Below, in pieces: positions 27,442-37,257 of a DNA stretch of 64,000 nucleotides. Below the pieces are notes generated by a model, which saw only the letters and a program-made list of their open reading frames with translations, was not told the DNA's origin and ran no database searches. Source of the DNA: Actinomycetota bacterium (GTDB lineage: Bacteria; Actinomycetota; Actinomycetes; Actinomycetales; Microbacteriaceae); assembly GCA_005778835.1 (NCBI GenBank), contig SXMG01000049.1, positions 1,746-65,745 of the forward strand, given 5' to 3'. The position numbers and the translations under genes are program-made. How positions within the stretch are numbered: the first letter of the stretch is position 1; the number at the start of each line of letters is the position of its first letter.

Positions 27442-28566
27442 TCACTCGGTCTCGTTGACCTCTTCAACAAGCGCGGTGATTGCGTCGATGATCGCCGGCA
27501 CAGCGGCGGGGGCTGCCGAGGCATCGAAGAGCCGAGCCGAGATCGCCGAGTTCGGTACTCGCCCGAGAGGAATCGCCTCGACCGCGGCGAGGTAACGTTC
27601 GGCGGCTGCGGCCACGCTCGGAGTCCTGGCAAGAGACGTCCGGTCGATGCCCACGGCGAGGTACTTCAAACCCTGCCAGCTGACCCCATCAGGAAGACCC
27701 CACGCGATGGAGAGTGGAAGGTTCCGGTCGGGGGTCTGAATCCGGATCGAGAGTCCTTTCGACCCCCATTCGAGCGCAAGGCCGAGGGCGCTGCAGCCGG
27801 CCAGGAAGTCGCGAAACGCATCACGGTAGACGCCGTCTTCGAGCGACGCCAAGAACGCCACCTCATCGGTCTTTCCCTGCGACGCTCGCGTTGCGGTCGA
27901 TCGTCGTGGGGGCGAGGCAACCACCTGCGCCGCGTGCGCAATAAGCTCGGCACCCGAAAGCTGCACGATCTCCACGAGAAAGAACCGCCCCACGCGCATC
28001 GTGCTGTTGAGGTACTCGAGGCTGCCGCGCATGGTCTCGGTGAACCGCTGGGCAGCGACCACAAAGTGGAAGTCGCCCGACTGCAGCACGTCGGCGAGGC
28101 GCTCGAGCAGAGCATCCGTCGCCTCGCTGTCGAGGGCCCACCCGGCGCGACGGATCGCGTCGCGCAGATCGTGGCAGCCGGCGAGGTGCTCGGGCGCGTG
28201 CCCGCCGCGCAAGAAACGCTGCACAACCCCGCGGTCGAAGTCGTCGAGCGACATCTGCCACAGGTCTGAGCCGTAGTCGATCAGCTGCGCAAGCGCGTGC
28301 CTGAAGTCGGGGTTCTGCGGCCCGGTCTTGAACTCGACGAGCACCATGTCGCCCGACGAGGCGAGGCACAGCAGGTCAATGGATCCGGATGCCAGCGACG
28401 TCTCACGCCCAATGACGAGCAAGTCACCGTCGAGCCCGAGGTCGTCGGCGGGGATGAGCTGCGGGTTCATCTTCATGACCTCCTGCAGGTGGTGTTCGCT
28501 CGGCGCGGGCGACTCGACGAGATCGAAGTGCTCGCCCGCGCGCTCCACCAGAAAACGACGGGGCAT
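27442..28566 (-). CDS. NucS/EndoMS-like PD-(D/E)xK nuclease domain protein
   Basis: E..LQ...IGRE...IDLL...VLVEFK...ALAQLIDY; C-terminal domain unassigned. Confidence 0.72.
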   Translation of the reverse strand: MPRRFLVERAGEHFDLVESPAPSEHHLQEVMKMNPQLIPADDLGLDGDLLVIGRETSLASGSIDLLCLASSGDMVLVEFKTGPQNPDFRHALAQLIDYGSDLWQMSLDDFDRGVVQRFLRGGHAPEHLAGCHDLRDAIRRAGWALDSEATDALLERLADVLQSGDFHFVVAAQRFTETMRGSLEYLNSTMRVGRFFLVEIVQLSGAELIAHAAQVVASPPRRSTATRASQGKTDEVAFLASLEDGVYRDAFRDFLAGCSALGLALEWGSKGLSIRIQTPDRNLPLSIAWGLPDGVSWQGLKYLAVGIDRTSLARTPSVAAAAERYLAAVEAIPLGRVPNSAISARLFDASAAPAAVPAIIDAITALVEEVNETE

Positions 28567-28627
28567 GGATGCTCCTTCCGCGGTGCGTACGAGGCTACCG
28601 GGTTGCTCCGACGCTGTGACAAGGCGA

Positions 28628-28822
28628 CGGATGCCCGCGCACCTCAGGCCTCGGCTTCGACATCCTCGACCCCACGCGCATGAGATTAGGGAGCATCTAC
28701 GAGTTCAGGGGTATTGAGTCGCCCGGGGCCATCCCGACCGACGTCGACCTGTCGAAGGAGTACCACCGCGATCTGCTCTATGTGGGGCGTCGCGCGCGAC
28801 CGATCGGCTTGTGGTGCTCGAA
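28628..28822 (+). pseudogene. Degenerate duplicate of the 3' end of the NERD-helicase gene (26554-26750)
   Basis: Reads GSIYEFRGIESP...TDVDLSKEYHRDLLYVG versus GSIHEFKGLEAP...TDVDLSKGYHRDLLYVG; 1-nt loss in the G-run after YVG; shared ACCGATCGGCTTGTGGTGCT. Confidence 0.85.
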
Positions 28823-28922
28823 TCTTCACCCTCAACCTTCTAGCCCAAAGCAGTCAGCGCCCTTCGCGGCGTCGAACTGAGGTTTGGCCAGGTCGCTCCG
28901 CAGACGACTCTAGGATGTGCGC

Positions 28923-30809
28923 ATGTCGTCTGTGTGGGTCGTTCTGGACACGAAGTCCGAAGTCGGTGCGCGTCGGGTAGGTCGAGTCGCGGAGGACGAT
29001 GCGATCGCTTCCCAGGCAACGGAGCTGACGGTTCAGTGGCCGGACGGAAACATCGAACGCCTGAAGATGTCGGCCTCGTACCGGAAACTCCGTCTCGACT
29101 CACTCAGCGCGATGGCGGAACTGATGCCAGATCAGCTGACTCGTGAGTTGGAGTCGTCGCCGCTCGTGTTCGCGCGCGCGTTGGTGGAGATGCCCAAGGC
29201 GCGCTTACGCGAGAAGGATCTGCTCGTGCTGGTTGCCACGCGCGGCAAGATCGAGAAGTCGGTAGTAGAAGCGGCGTGGAAGAAGCACCGAGCCGCGTTC
29301 GAGTCACTTCTTGAGGTGGATTTCGAGCAGACGGCTAGCGGGCCGAAGTACTACCTTCGCGCACCACTGGGCACCATTGATGTGCAAGGGGGGTCGACGG
29401 GGGAGGTACGCAAGGGAGAAGTATCTGCACCTGAACCCTCAGGGACAGCGAGAACTGAGGATCGGGATGTTTCGGGTGACGTGACCTCTCGCCTTGAAGA
29501 AAACCCCGTGCCCGCTTCAGGTGTCAGCAACCTTGCCGAGACTATGGACAATCGGCAAGACACCGCAGTAATCGTGGATGCACTATCGAGCAAGAGTCCC
29601 GTGCGCATAGACAAGCTGGACTTGGACGCTTGGTTCGCGTCGAAGGCACCGAGCAAGGCGATCGCAGAAGGTTCTGCTCGACTCGACGTTCTCCCTCATG
29701 ATGACGAGGGTTTCGTCGAAGCTGCTGGAAGGTACTCAATTCTGGTTGGACGGATCCTAAAGAGAAACGACGTGACCGTTTCCCCCGAAATTCTAGCGGG
29801 AGCGTTCGTGTCATTGTGGCGTAGCGGTCAGGACTCTCTCCGTCAGCGAGGCATGGATGCTCTGGAGGCTGCGATTGCTCGCGTCGAAGAGCCGTCCGAG
29901 TTCTTTGCGAGGGTAGATCAAGTAGCTATCCAGGCGGCGCTAGCAGAACTGCCCATTCGCGAATCTGGTCTGCGGGGCCGCTTTTTGCTCGTGGTTGCGC
30001 GAGCAGGCAAGTCACGAATCGAGGATGCCGCATGGTGGAGAGGACTCTCATGGGAGGACGTTTTGGAGGGCTCTTCGGGCCGGTTGTCGACGGTCTTGAC
30101 TACAAGTGATGTTCTCCTTCGGAGGGTCCGCGCCGTAGCTGACGAGCACGCGAGCCAGATTTCTACAAGACGTGGGCTGTTTTCGTTCTTGAGCGGCCCA
30201 CGCTTCGCAATCGAGCACATACCTCCCACTCGCGTTCGTGAGCTGTTTGATCGCGTGGGCCAACAGGACTCACTACTCGCCGGTTGGCATTCGGAGCTGT
30301 CGGCAAGCGCAGAACGAGAGGACCTGAATGATCGCCTCCAGGCTGCTCAAGCAGAGCTTGATCGAGTCTTGAAGGACGAGACGAATGCCAGCGCAGAGCT
30401 CAGTGCGTTGAGCAAACAACTCGAGAGCACGCAGCTGCAGTTGGAAGCTGCCCGAGTGGAGCTAACTGGGTTATCGGTTCGAGAACGTCGGCAGTTGAAT
30501 ATTGAAGCCGCGAAGACAATCGCACAGATCGCTGCGACCGTCGATGCCGAAGCACGTGAAACGGACCATGATGCGCTCACGCAAAAAGTCAACCGACTTT
30601 CCGGGAAGTTCGGGCTTCGCCCATCGGCAATGCGGGGGGAGTCGGTTGTATTCGACCCGGCGCTACACAACGCGCCTGGTACACGTCCCGAAGTTGAGGA
30701 GCTCGTGAATGTCGCACGTGCCGGGTACATCTGGGAGGACGGGGACGAACAGGTAGTCGTGCTCCCCGCCTTGGTGACTCGAGCGGGGAAGAGTGAGGGA
30801 AACGCGTAG
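28923..30809 (+). CDS. Large helical/coiled-coil protein with C-terminal GrpE-like domain
   Basis: Coiled coil then FGL...GESVVFDPALH...VNVARAGY...VVLPALV, matching the GrpE head; TAGGAT-N6-ATG. Confidence 0.7.
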   Translation: MSSVWVVLDTKSEVGARRVGRVAEDDAIASQATELTVQWPDGNIERLKMSASYRKLRLDSLSAMAELMPDQLTRELESSPLVFARALVEMPKARLREKDLLVLVATRGKIEKSVVEAAWKKHRAAFESLLEVDFEQTASGPKYYLRAPLGTIDVQGGSTGEVRKGEVSAPEPSGTARTEDRDVSGDVTSRLEENPVPASGVSNLAETMDNRQDTAVIVDALSSKSPVRIDKLDLDAWFASKAPSKAIAEGSARLDVLPHDDEGFVEAAGRYSILVGRILKRNDVTVSPEILAGAFVSLWRSGQDSLRQRGMDALEAAIARVEEPSEFFARVDQVAIQAALAELPIRESGLRGRFLLVVARAGKSRIEDAAWWRGLSWEDVLEGSSGRLSTVLTTSDVLLRRVRAVADEHASQISTRRGLFSFLSGPRFAIEHIPPTRVRELFDRVGQQDSLLAGWHSELSASAEREDLNDRLQAAQAELDRVLKDETNASAELSALSKQLESTQLQLEAARVELTGLSVRERRQLNIEAAKTIAQIAATVDAEARETDHDALTQKVNRLSGKFGLRPSAMRGESVVFDPALHNAPGTRPEVEELVNVARAGYIWEDGDEQVVVLPALVTRAGKSEGNA

Positions 30810-32501
30810 ATGAAGGGTTTGGACTTCGGAACCACGACGTCGCTCATCAGCGAGTCAAGCCCGGCCCGAACCGCGGTTACGCCAATCGGGCGCACAGACA
30901 AGTGGTTGCCGTCGCTCCTTGCGCGATCGGGGTCACAGTGGAGCGCGGGGGACGACGCCCTGGTCTTCCCTGAGGAGCAGATCATCCGTTCAGCGAAACG
31001 GGCCATAACGCGTCGACGCCAGACGTTCTCAGTTTTCGATGGTTCGTCGCACGTTGAAGTAGATGCCGACGAAGTGATCAGGGAGATCCTTCGTGCGCTC
31101 GTCGTGGTCGCCGAGGACGCATTCGTATCGCTCAATGATGAATCCGAGGTGAGGCTGGGCTGCCCAGCCATGTGGGAGGGGGATCAGCGGCGTCGTCTCA
31201 TTCGATTGGCTCAGGAAGCGGGCATCTCGGTGAGCGAGAACACGGTCATTGACGAGCCGATCGCGGCCGGCATCGCCTGGGTCAATCAACGCACGCGCGA
31301 AGGCAGTCAGGTGACGGGGAAGCTCTTGGTTTTCGACATGGGGGGCGGCACTCTCGACGTGGCGGTGCTCCACGTTGACGCCAGACCAACTGAGCTTGGC
31401 AAGAAGCGTGTTCCGCCGGTCGTATCTGTTCAATCTTCCATCGGTGTGGACGAGGCAGGGGACTCTCTAGACGATGCCATCGAGCGTGACTTCGTCGATC
31501 GCCTGAGCGAACGCGGATTCGACGTGGATGGCCATCCCGCGCATGCGGAGCTGACCGGATGGCTCCGACGAGCTGCTCGCGCAGCCAAAGTCGAGCTCTC
31601 GGCTACGAGAGAGACAACTGTGGTTGTTGGCCACCCGAACATCGATGTGCCGACGTTCTCATACAGTCGAGATGAGCTGGAAACCGCTTTTCGACCCCAA
31701 CTCGATCGAGCTGTCGAAGTAGTGAGGCTTGCCCTGCGAGCAGCTCTAATGGCGCAAGTCAAGTCTCCAACCGATGAGCGGACGATGTCACCGGCGGCAG
31801 CGAGACAGTACTCCGACGACAAGCTTGCCGATGGGGTCCAGTACGTCGTGCTCGCCGGCGGGATGGCTCACATCCCTGCTGTGCGTGAGCGCCTGGGCGA
31901 GATCTTCGGTGGTGACCGCATCTGGGTCGGAGTCGACGAGAGTTCGGGACGCACCGGTATGGACAGCACCGAGATGATCGCTCTGGGGCTTTCGTACCAT
32001 GAGGACAGTGACCGTATGAACCTTCACCGACCGGGCTTCGACTTCGTTCTGGAGTGGGACGACGGTGCAAGTGGTGCGCGGCGAGAAGTCATCGTGTACG
32101 AGGCCTACAGCCCTCTGTACACGCCGGAACAGGTTTTCAATACAAACAGCACCAAGTACACGTGGAAGCCTCGCGACGCTGACGGCGTTCCGCGCCGGGG
32201 GGAGGGGCTGCTCACCGTTCGCGCGCTGTCAGGCGAGCGTCTTGACTTCACCTACGAAGGAATCAGACTGCCGGGCATAAGGATGGACTTTGGCACTGGT
32301 GACTTCACGATAAGTCTCGAGCCAAACGGCAGGGTGTTCTGGCGTGATGGCGGGGGTCGAGTAGGCGCGGTACGGGTGGCCCAGTGGCCGGTGATCCGCG
32401 GCAACAAGCAGGAGACTATTGCCATCAAGGACATTGACGACGAACGGTCAGGCAGGTGGTCGGTTGATAGCCTTCCGTGGCACCTCAAGCCCTACGACTG
32501 A
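30810..32501 (+). CDS. Divergent Hsp70-family ATPase
   Basis: GLDFGTTTS, IDEPIAA, VFDMGGGTLDV, AKVELS, LAGGMAHIPAV; ATG directly follows the upstream stop. Confidence 0.88.
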   Translation: MKGLDFGTTTSLISESSPARTAVTPIGRTDKWLPSLLARSGSQWSAGDDALVFPEEQIIRSAKRAITRRRQTFSVFDGSSHVEVDADEVIREILRALVVVAEDAFVSLNDESEVRLGCPAMWEGDQRRRLIRLAQEAGISVSENTVIDEPIAAGIAWVNQRTREGSQVTGKLLVFDMGGGTLDVAVLHVDARPTELGKKRVPPVVSVQSSIGVDEAGDSLDDAIERDFVDRLSERGFDVDGHPAHAELTGWLRRAARAAKVELSATRETTVVVGHPNIDVPTFSYSRDELETAFRPQLDRAVEVVRLALRAALMAQVKSPTDERTMSPAAARQYSDDKLADGVQYVVLAGGMAHIPAVRERLGEIFGGDRIWVGVDESSGRTGMDSTEMIALGLSYHEDSDRMNLHRPGFDFVLEWDDGASGARREVIVYEAYSPLYTPEQVFNTNSTKYTWKPRDADGVPRRGEGLLTVRALSGERLDFTYEGIRLPGIRMDFGTGDFTISLEPNGRVFWRDGGGRVGAVRVAQWPVIRGNKQETIAIKDIDDERSGRWSVDSLPWHLKPYD

Positions 32502-32508
32502 CGCCCGC

Positions 32509-35500
32509 CTAGTCAGTCGGCGACGCAATGAGTAGAACCGCGACATTCTCCACGCTCATTGCCACGTCGCGCTTCGCGTCGTATCGATGCGAGATCTCCC
32601 CCATCCGAGTTTCGAGGTTCCTAATCTGACCGGTCATCATTCGCTCGATCTGAACCGCGGTACCGTTCGCCACTGCGGTGCGGAGGCGCAAGAGAGCCCT
32701 GTCCCGCTGAATCTTAAGTGACTTCGCTTCAGAAGCAACCCGCGATGCGATCAGAGCTTCGTTCTCCTGTCGACGCTCCGTACGTTCCTTCGCGCGGCGC
32801 GTAGACACCATACGGAGCAGTTCTGCTCGTCGCCTGATGACTCCATCTGATGCCGCTTCGATGATGGACGTTTGAAGCGTGCCTTCGGCAAGCGCCGTCA
32901 TGAGTGCGTCGGACATGCCGTCCTCCGGCATGCCGGTTTCCAGGTCTACGGCGGTAACCCAGAGTTCCTGCTTGTCCCTGAGGCCGCCCGAGGTGCGAAC
33001 TATGTCAACCGTTGCCACAAAAGCCTGGCCTGCCGGAAGGCCTTCGACCGTCACCCTGCCGTACCGAGCGAGTTGTTCGCTCTTCTCTGCCAAGAGATCC
33101 ACGGCGAATCTGATCAGGGGGTGCCGAGCAGTCACGAGTTCGACGCGTGTAACCGTGGCGTGCTGTGGATTGAAGGTGATGGTGATGGGAGTGCCGTCGC
33201 GGATCATCCCGAGCAACTTCGCGACCCCGTGCATCGTCCCGCTCTTCGTGTGTCGGTACGCGTTGAGCGCGGCCGATAGGGCATGCGAGCCATGAATCGT
33301 CCAGAGTTCGGGGTCAGACGTGGCTTCAAGTCTCGAGTCCTTGGCGCTCAGGGCAGTCGTGAGTAGTGCGCGGAGCTCGGCAGCACCGACGTATCTTCCG
33401 TTAGTGGGGCCGGCGTCACTAAGTCCTTCGACATCGAGCAAAGCCAGTGAGGTCAGCATTCCGCTTTGCTCTTCGAGGTGTTTCGCGCGCTCGCGCTCTT
33501 GAGATACCGCGACGTTGAACTGATCTATCGCACGAATCTTCTGGTCTTCACTGAGGTGTGGGTTGAGAATCGTCTTGTTCAGTTCAGAGAAGCCGCCCCG
33601 CATGATCGGCTCGAGATCACCGATCGAGTTCTCGAATACTCCGATACGGGCGTAGAGACGTCCGAAGATCTTTGACTCGATCGTGTCAGGCGTGAACATG
33701 TTGAAGACGTGGATCTTGTCACTGAGCTGTCCGAACCGATCGAGTCGACCGATTCGTTGTTCGACCTGCATTGGGTTCCACGGGAGGTCATAGTTGATGA
33801 GGACATTGCAGAACTCGAAGTCGAGGCCTTCCGATCCCACTTGGTTCGCAATAAGTACGTCGATTTCGCCGGCGCGGAAACGATCGATGACGTGCTGCCG
33901 CTCATCCATCGGAATCCCACCATGTAACACAGCAGTGCGACACTCGGCACCGAGTGCATCGGCGAGATACTCAACGGTGCCGCGGAAGAAAGAGAAGATC
34001 AAGGCCTGAGGCATCTCGTTCTGCCGTGCGAGCCGGAGGCGTTGGGTTAAGGCCTGAAGCTTCGAATCGTGATCGAGCCGGGTCTGCAAGACCAGTTCGA
34101 TGAGGTCATCGTCGACCTCGATGTCGGTGTCGAGCAGTGCCTCTTCCCCTAACTCAGTCTGGGCAGCCTGCTCGGTGATGGCCTCGTCTGAGTCGCTGAG
34201 GCTCCATCCGTTTCGGTCAGCGAGCCGTTGCTGTGCGACGACCAAGCTGCTGCAGGCCTGCCGCAGAGGCATCTGCATCGCGAACCCTAGGGGAGCATTT
34301 GCCGCACGGGCTCGCCGGAAAGCGTGTTCTTCGATGGCTGAGTAGAGGTCGCGTTCCGTCGAGGACCACGCCACGTTGACTTCTTCGACCTCTCGCATCG
34401 CCTTCTTGCCGGGCACATCGATCTTTCTGGTGCGGGTCACGATGGCGCCAAGAGTGTTGAGCTCGGAGGCGTATCGCTTCACCCTCGCAATGTCGTCAGT
34501 CGACGGCACCTCCTCATCGAGAAGGATCTGCTCGAGCTTCTCGAACGTCGGCCTACCGGCAAGTGCTCGACCGTGGTCGCTCTGCTTGACGGCGGCGAGT
34601 TCGGCGAGAGCATCTTGTTTCGAACGGTGCATGGGGTCGGCCATGATGCGCATGACGGCGTTCAAGTGCTTGTTGGGTTCGAGCTGACTCGAGAAGACTG
34701 CCGGATCAGCGAATGCTCCTGGCTCGAGCAAGTTCACGAGGGTGTAGAGATCGTGCGTGCCGAGGTTGAGCGGAGTCGCCGATAGGAAGACGACGTGATC
34801 GGCTAAAGCGCCGAGCACTGATCCGACGTCGTGTGACCGCCTGCCCGGGTTTCGCATCGAGTGCGCTTCGTCCACGATCACCAGATCAAGGTGAGGAGAG
34901 AGTTCAACGAACTGCTCTAGCAGGTCTTTCGCGCTACGCAACCTCTCGAGCGAAATCACCCCAACAATGTCTGCGTCTTTGCCGTCCCGAACCTCATCGA
35001 GGAATCGCGCGAGGTCTCCTGAAGACAACTCGGGGAGGGGGCGCATGAATCGACGATCCATCTCTTGGCGCCACTTCACTCGAAGTGATGCGGGCACGAC
35101 AACGATTGCGCGATTGACGGGATTCCGTTGCTCGAGTTCGGTCCAGATGAGGCCCGCCTCGATGGTCTTGCCCAGACCGACCTCATCGGCGATGAGTAGC
35201 CTTCCCGACTCGCTGTTGAGCATCTTGAGAACCGGTATGAACTGATACGGCTTAAACGTCGTCTTAGTCGCGGCATACGAGTACAAGGTGTCGCTAAGCG
35301 GATACGCCAGCTTCACCCACGACAGAGTGCGCGCGATGTCCTCAGCCTCAGCTGGCCCTTGAGTGATCCAGAAATCCGGGTCTCGAATGTCGCCCTCGAG
35401 GAGGGTGAGGTCATCGACGTCGAAGTTTTCGATGACGCCGTTGACGTCGATGTCAGCGGTATGCCCGTCGGCGAGCCGACGAACACGCACGACTCGACCC

Positions 35501-35925
35501 CATCCCGTTCGGCTAGGGATGTCAACAAGATCCCCAGCATGGACGGGGCTGTCGCCAAGTAGGGGTTGTGCGTCATCCCAATCGTCTTCATGGGTGTAGA
35601 CCGCCTCACCGAGATGATTGGAGTTGTACGCGAGGCGGTCATCTTGCGGTTCGGCGGGATCCTTTCCTCCGTTGACCCAGACGCTGTGCCACTCGCCACC
35701 ACGCATGAATGCATAGATGCCGTTATGCAGTCGCTGCAATCGGCGCGTAGACCGACTCACTCTCGCGTCGTGTGCTCCCACAGCTGCAATCTGAGCAGCG
35801 ATTTCATCAGTTTCGCGACCGATCAGCAACGACGTACTCGGTTTCAACGCTGCCACCCACCTTGTGTCAGCACTGAAGGGCCGGTACGCGCAGTCGGCCT
35901 CGGCGGGTAACGAAGAGCTGCTCAT
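32509..35925 (-). CDS. SNF2 helicase/ATPase, RapA/DrmD-like
   Basis: LLIADEVGLGKT, DEAH, LSATP, GSEGLDF, NYDLPWNPMQVEQRIGRLDRFGQ; SH3/Tudor-like segment before the ATPase; coiled-coil tail. Confidence 0.9.
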   Translation of the reverse strand: MSSSSLPAEADCAYRPFSADTRWVAALKPSTSLLIGRETDEIAAQIAAVGAHDARVSRSTRRLQRLHNGIYAFMRGGEWHSVWVNGGKDPAEPQDDRLAYNSNHLGEAVYTHEDDWDDAQPLLGDSPVHAGDLVDIPSRTGWGRVVRVRRLADGHTADIDVNGVIENFDVDDLTLLEGDIRDPDFWITQGPAEAEDIARTLSWVKLAYPLSDTLYSYAATKTTFKPYQFIPVLKMLNSESGRLLIADEVGLGKTIEAGLIWTELEQRNPVNRAIVVVPASLRVKWRQEMDRRFMRPLPELSSGDLARFLDEVRDGKDADIVGVISLERLRSAKDLLEQFVELSPHLDLVIVDEAHSMRNPGRRSHDVGSVLGALADHVVFLSATPLNLGTHDLYTLVNLLEPGAFADPAVFSSQLEPNKHLNAVMRIMADPMHRSKQDALAELAAVKQSDHGRALAGRPTFEKLEQILLDEEVPSTDDIARVKRYASELNTLGAIVTRTRKIDVPGKKAMREVEEVNVAWSSTERDLYSAIEEHAFRRARAANAPLGFAMQMPLRQACSSLVVAQQRLADRNGWSLSDSDEAITEQAAQTELGEEALLDTDIEVDDDLIELVLQTRLDHDSKLQALTQRLRLARQNEMPQALIFSFFRGTVEYLADALGAECRTAVLHGGIPMDERQHVIDRFRAGEIDVLIANQVGSEGLDFEFCNVLINYDLPWNPMQVEQRIGRLDRFGQLSDKIHVFNMFTPDTIESKIFGRLYARIGVFENSIGDLEPIMRGGFSELNKTILNPHLSEDQKIRAIDQFNVAVSQERERAKHLEEQSGMLTSLALLDVEGLSDAGPTNGRYVGAAELRALLTTALSAKDSRLEATSDPELWTIHGSHALSAALNAYRHTKSGTMHGVAKLLGMIRDGTPITITFNPQHATVTRVELVTARHPLIRFAVDLLAEKSEQLARYGRVTVEGLPAGQAFVATVDIVRTSGGLRDKQELWVTAVDLETGMPEDGMSDALMTALAEGTLQTSIIEAASDGVIRRRAELLRMVSTRRAKERTERRQENEALIASRVASEAKSLKIQRDRALLRLRTAVANGTAVQIERMMTGQIRNLETRMGEISHRYDAKRDVAMSVENVAVLLIASPTD

Positions 35926-37130
35926 CGGTGGGCCCCCTCCACGATCTCGGGAATCATGTCGGCTGTCAGCTCGACGGGTCGTGATGCGTGGTCGAGCAGC
36001 TTCCAGCCGATCCCGAGCTGGTCACGCTGGAAGTCTCTGGCGATGGCGGGCAGCTTTCGACCATCACGCCACGCTTGAGCTATCGCCTTCGAGTCTGCAC
36101 CGCTGTAGGTCTTTCCGTGCTTCGGCGCGGATGGGTCGTCGACTATCCCCTGGGGCGCGAGCAGTAGGGAAATCAGTCGCAGAGCGACCTGCTTCTGGTC
36201 CACTCGGAGTGTTTCCGCAGTGGCACTGAGATTTCTCGTCGTCAAGTAGGCGTTCAGCAGCGCGGCGTCTTCGGCGGCATTCCACTGTTTGTCTTCGTCG
36301 TCGAAGACGCCGACTCCACTGGTCTTCGTGGCGGTGGTGCGTGTGACGATCGGAGGCTTGGGTGCGGCCTTCGGCGTGGACTTCAGGGGGAGCTTAGGCG
36401 GAAGCTTCGACTCCAAGGGGCTCGCCTTCCACGAAAGCGGCGTGCCCTTGGACGTTGGTGCAGCTTTCGCCGCATCCTCCGCCGCTGGCTCCGTGGGCCG
36501 AGCGAGCAACGTGCTGATTTCTGCGCGCAGCTTGAGCATCTCGAGCTTCAAGTCGTCAACTTCACGAAGAGCCGCGTCACGCTCTGCCTGGGCGGCGAGG
36601 AGGCGAGCGGTCGCTCTGTCGACCCAATCCTCAGCTTCAGTGATATCCGCATCACGATTCGCGACGCCCTTGACCCCTTTGGCGAGCCTTGCCCTCAGGT
36701 CCGCGCACTCCTGATGCAAGGCGAGATTATGCAGCTCGACTCCGCGCAGCTTGTCTTGTAGCTCCGTGATCGCGGCGGCGCTCGACTGGTCGACACCCAA
36801 TCGAACCTGTTCGCGCGTCACGCTGGCGGCCGCACTCGCGGATCTCTCGGCGGTCTCAACCCGCGTTTGGAGATCTTCGCGAGCAGCCTGCTCCTGCAAG
36901 AGGAGAGATTGCAGCGATGCGTTCTCCGTCTTGAGCCCCTCGACCATGGTGTTCATCGCCGACGCTGTCGCAGGGTCGACCCGTGCAGCGCTGGCTTGGG
37001 GGCGTCGAGCCAGGCCGTTGATTTTGGCCAGGACGACCACAGCCACTACGAAAACCACTGCGAGCAGCAAGAGAGTGATTGTCGCGATCAGAGCGATGAG
37101 CGGAAGCCACCCGTTTGTGATGGACGACAA
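35922..37130 (-). CDS. Membrane-anchored coiled-coil protein with two Myb/SANT-like HTH repeats
   Basis: N-terminal TM, long coiled coil, P/K/T linker, QWNAAEDAALL...ALRL and HGKTYSGADS...IARDFQR...WKL; 4-nt overlap with SNF2; GGGAGG SD. Confidence 0.7.
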   Translation of the reverse strand: MSSITNGWLPLIALIATITLLLLAVVFVVAVVVLAKINGLARRPQASAARVDPATASAMNTMVEGLKTENASLQSLLLQEQAAREDLQTRVETAERSASAAASVTREQVRLGVDQSSAAAITELQDKLRGVELHNLALHQECADLRARLAKGVKGVANRDADITEAEDWVDRATARLLAAQAERDAALREVDDLKLEMLKLRAEISTLLARPTEPAAEDAAKAAPTSKGTPLSWKASPLESKLPPKLPLKSTPKAAPKPPIVTRTTATKTSGVGVFDDEDKQWNAAEDAALLNAYLTTRNLSATAETLRVDQKQVALRLISLLLAPQGIVDDPSAPKHGKTYSGADSKAIAQAWRDGRKLPAIARDFQRDQLGIGWKLLDHASRPVELTADMIPEIVEGAHR

Positions 37131-37257
37131 TTGACCTCCCTGATGGTCGAACTCTGCTCACCATAGTTGAGCAAGCAGACACGGCAACAGCGACGAGGCG
37201 GCGCCTGTCCGCCGCCGTTCGCCTACTCGACCGCTTCTCAGCAATAGGGTGGGCGCT

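Noticed and set aside
28923-32501. Housekeeping dnaK-grpE operon
   Set aside because: Too divergent, reversed order, oversize GrpE-like gene, no dnaJ/hspR, atypical composition
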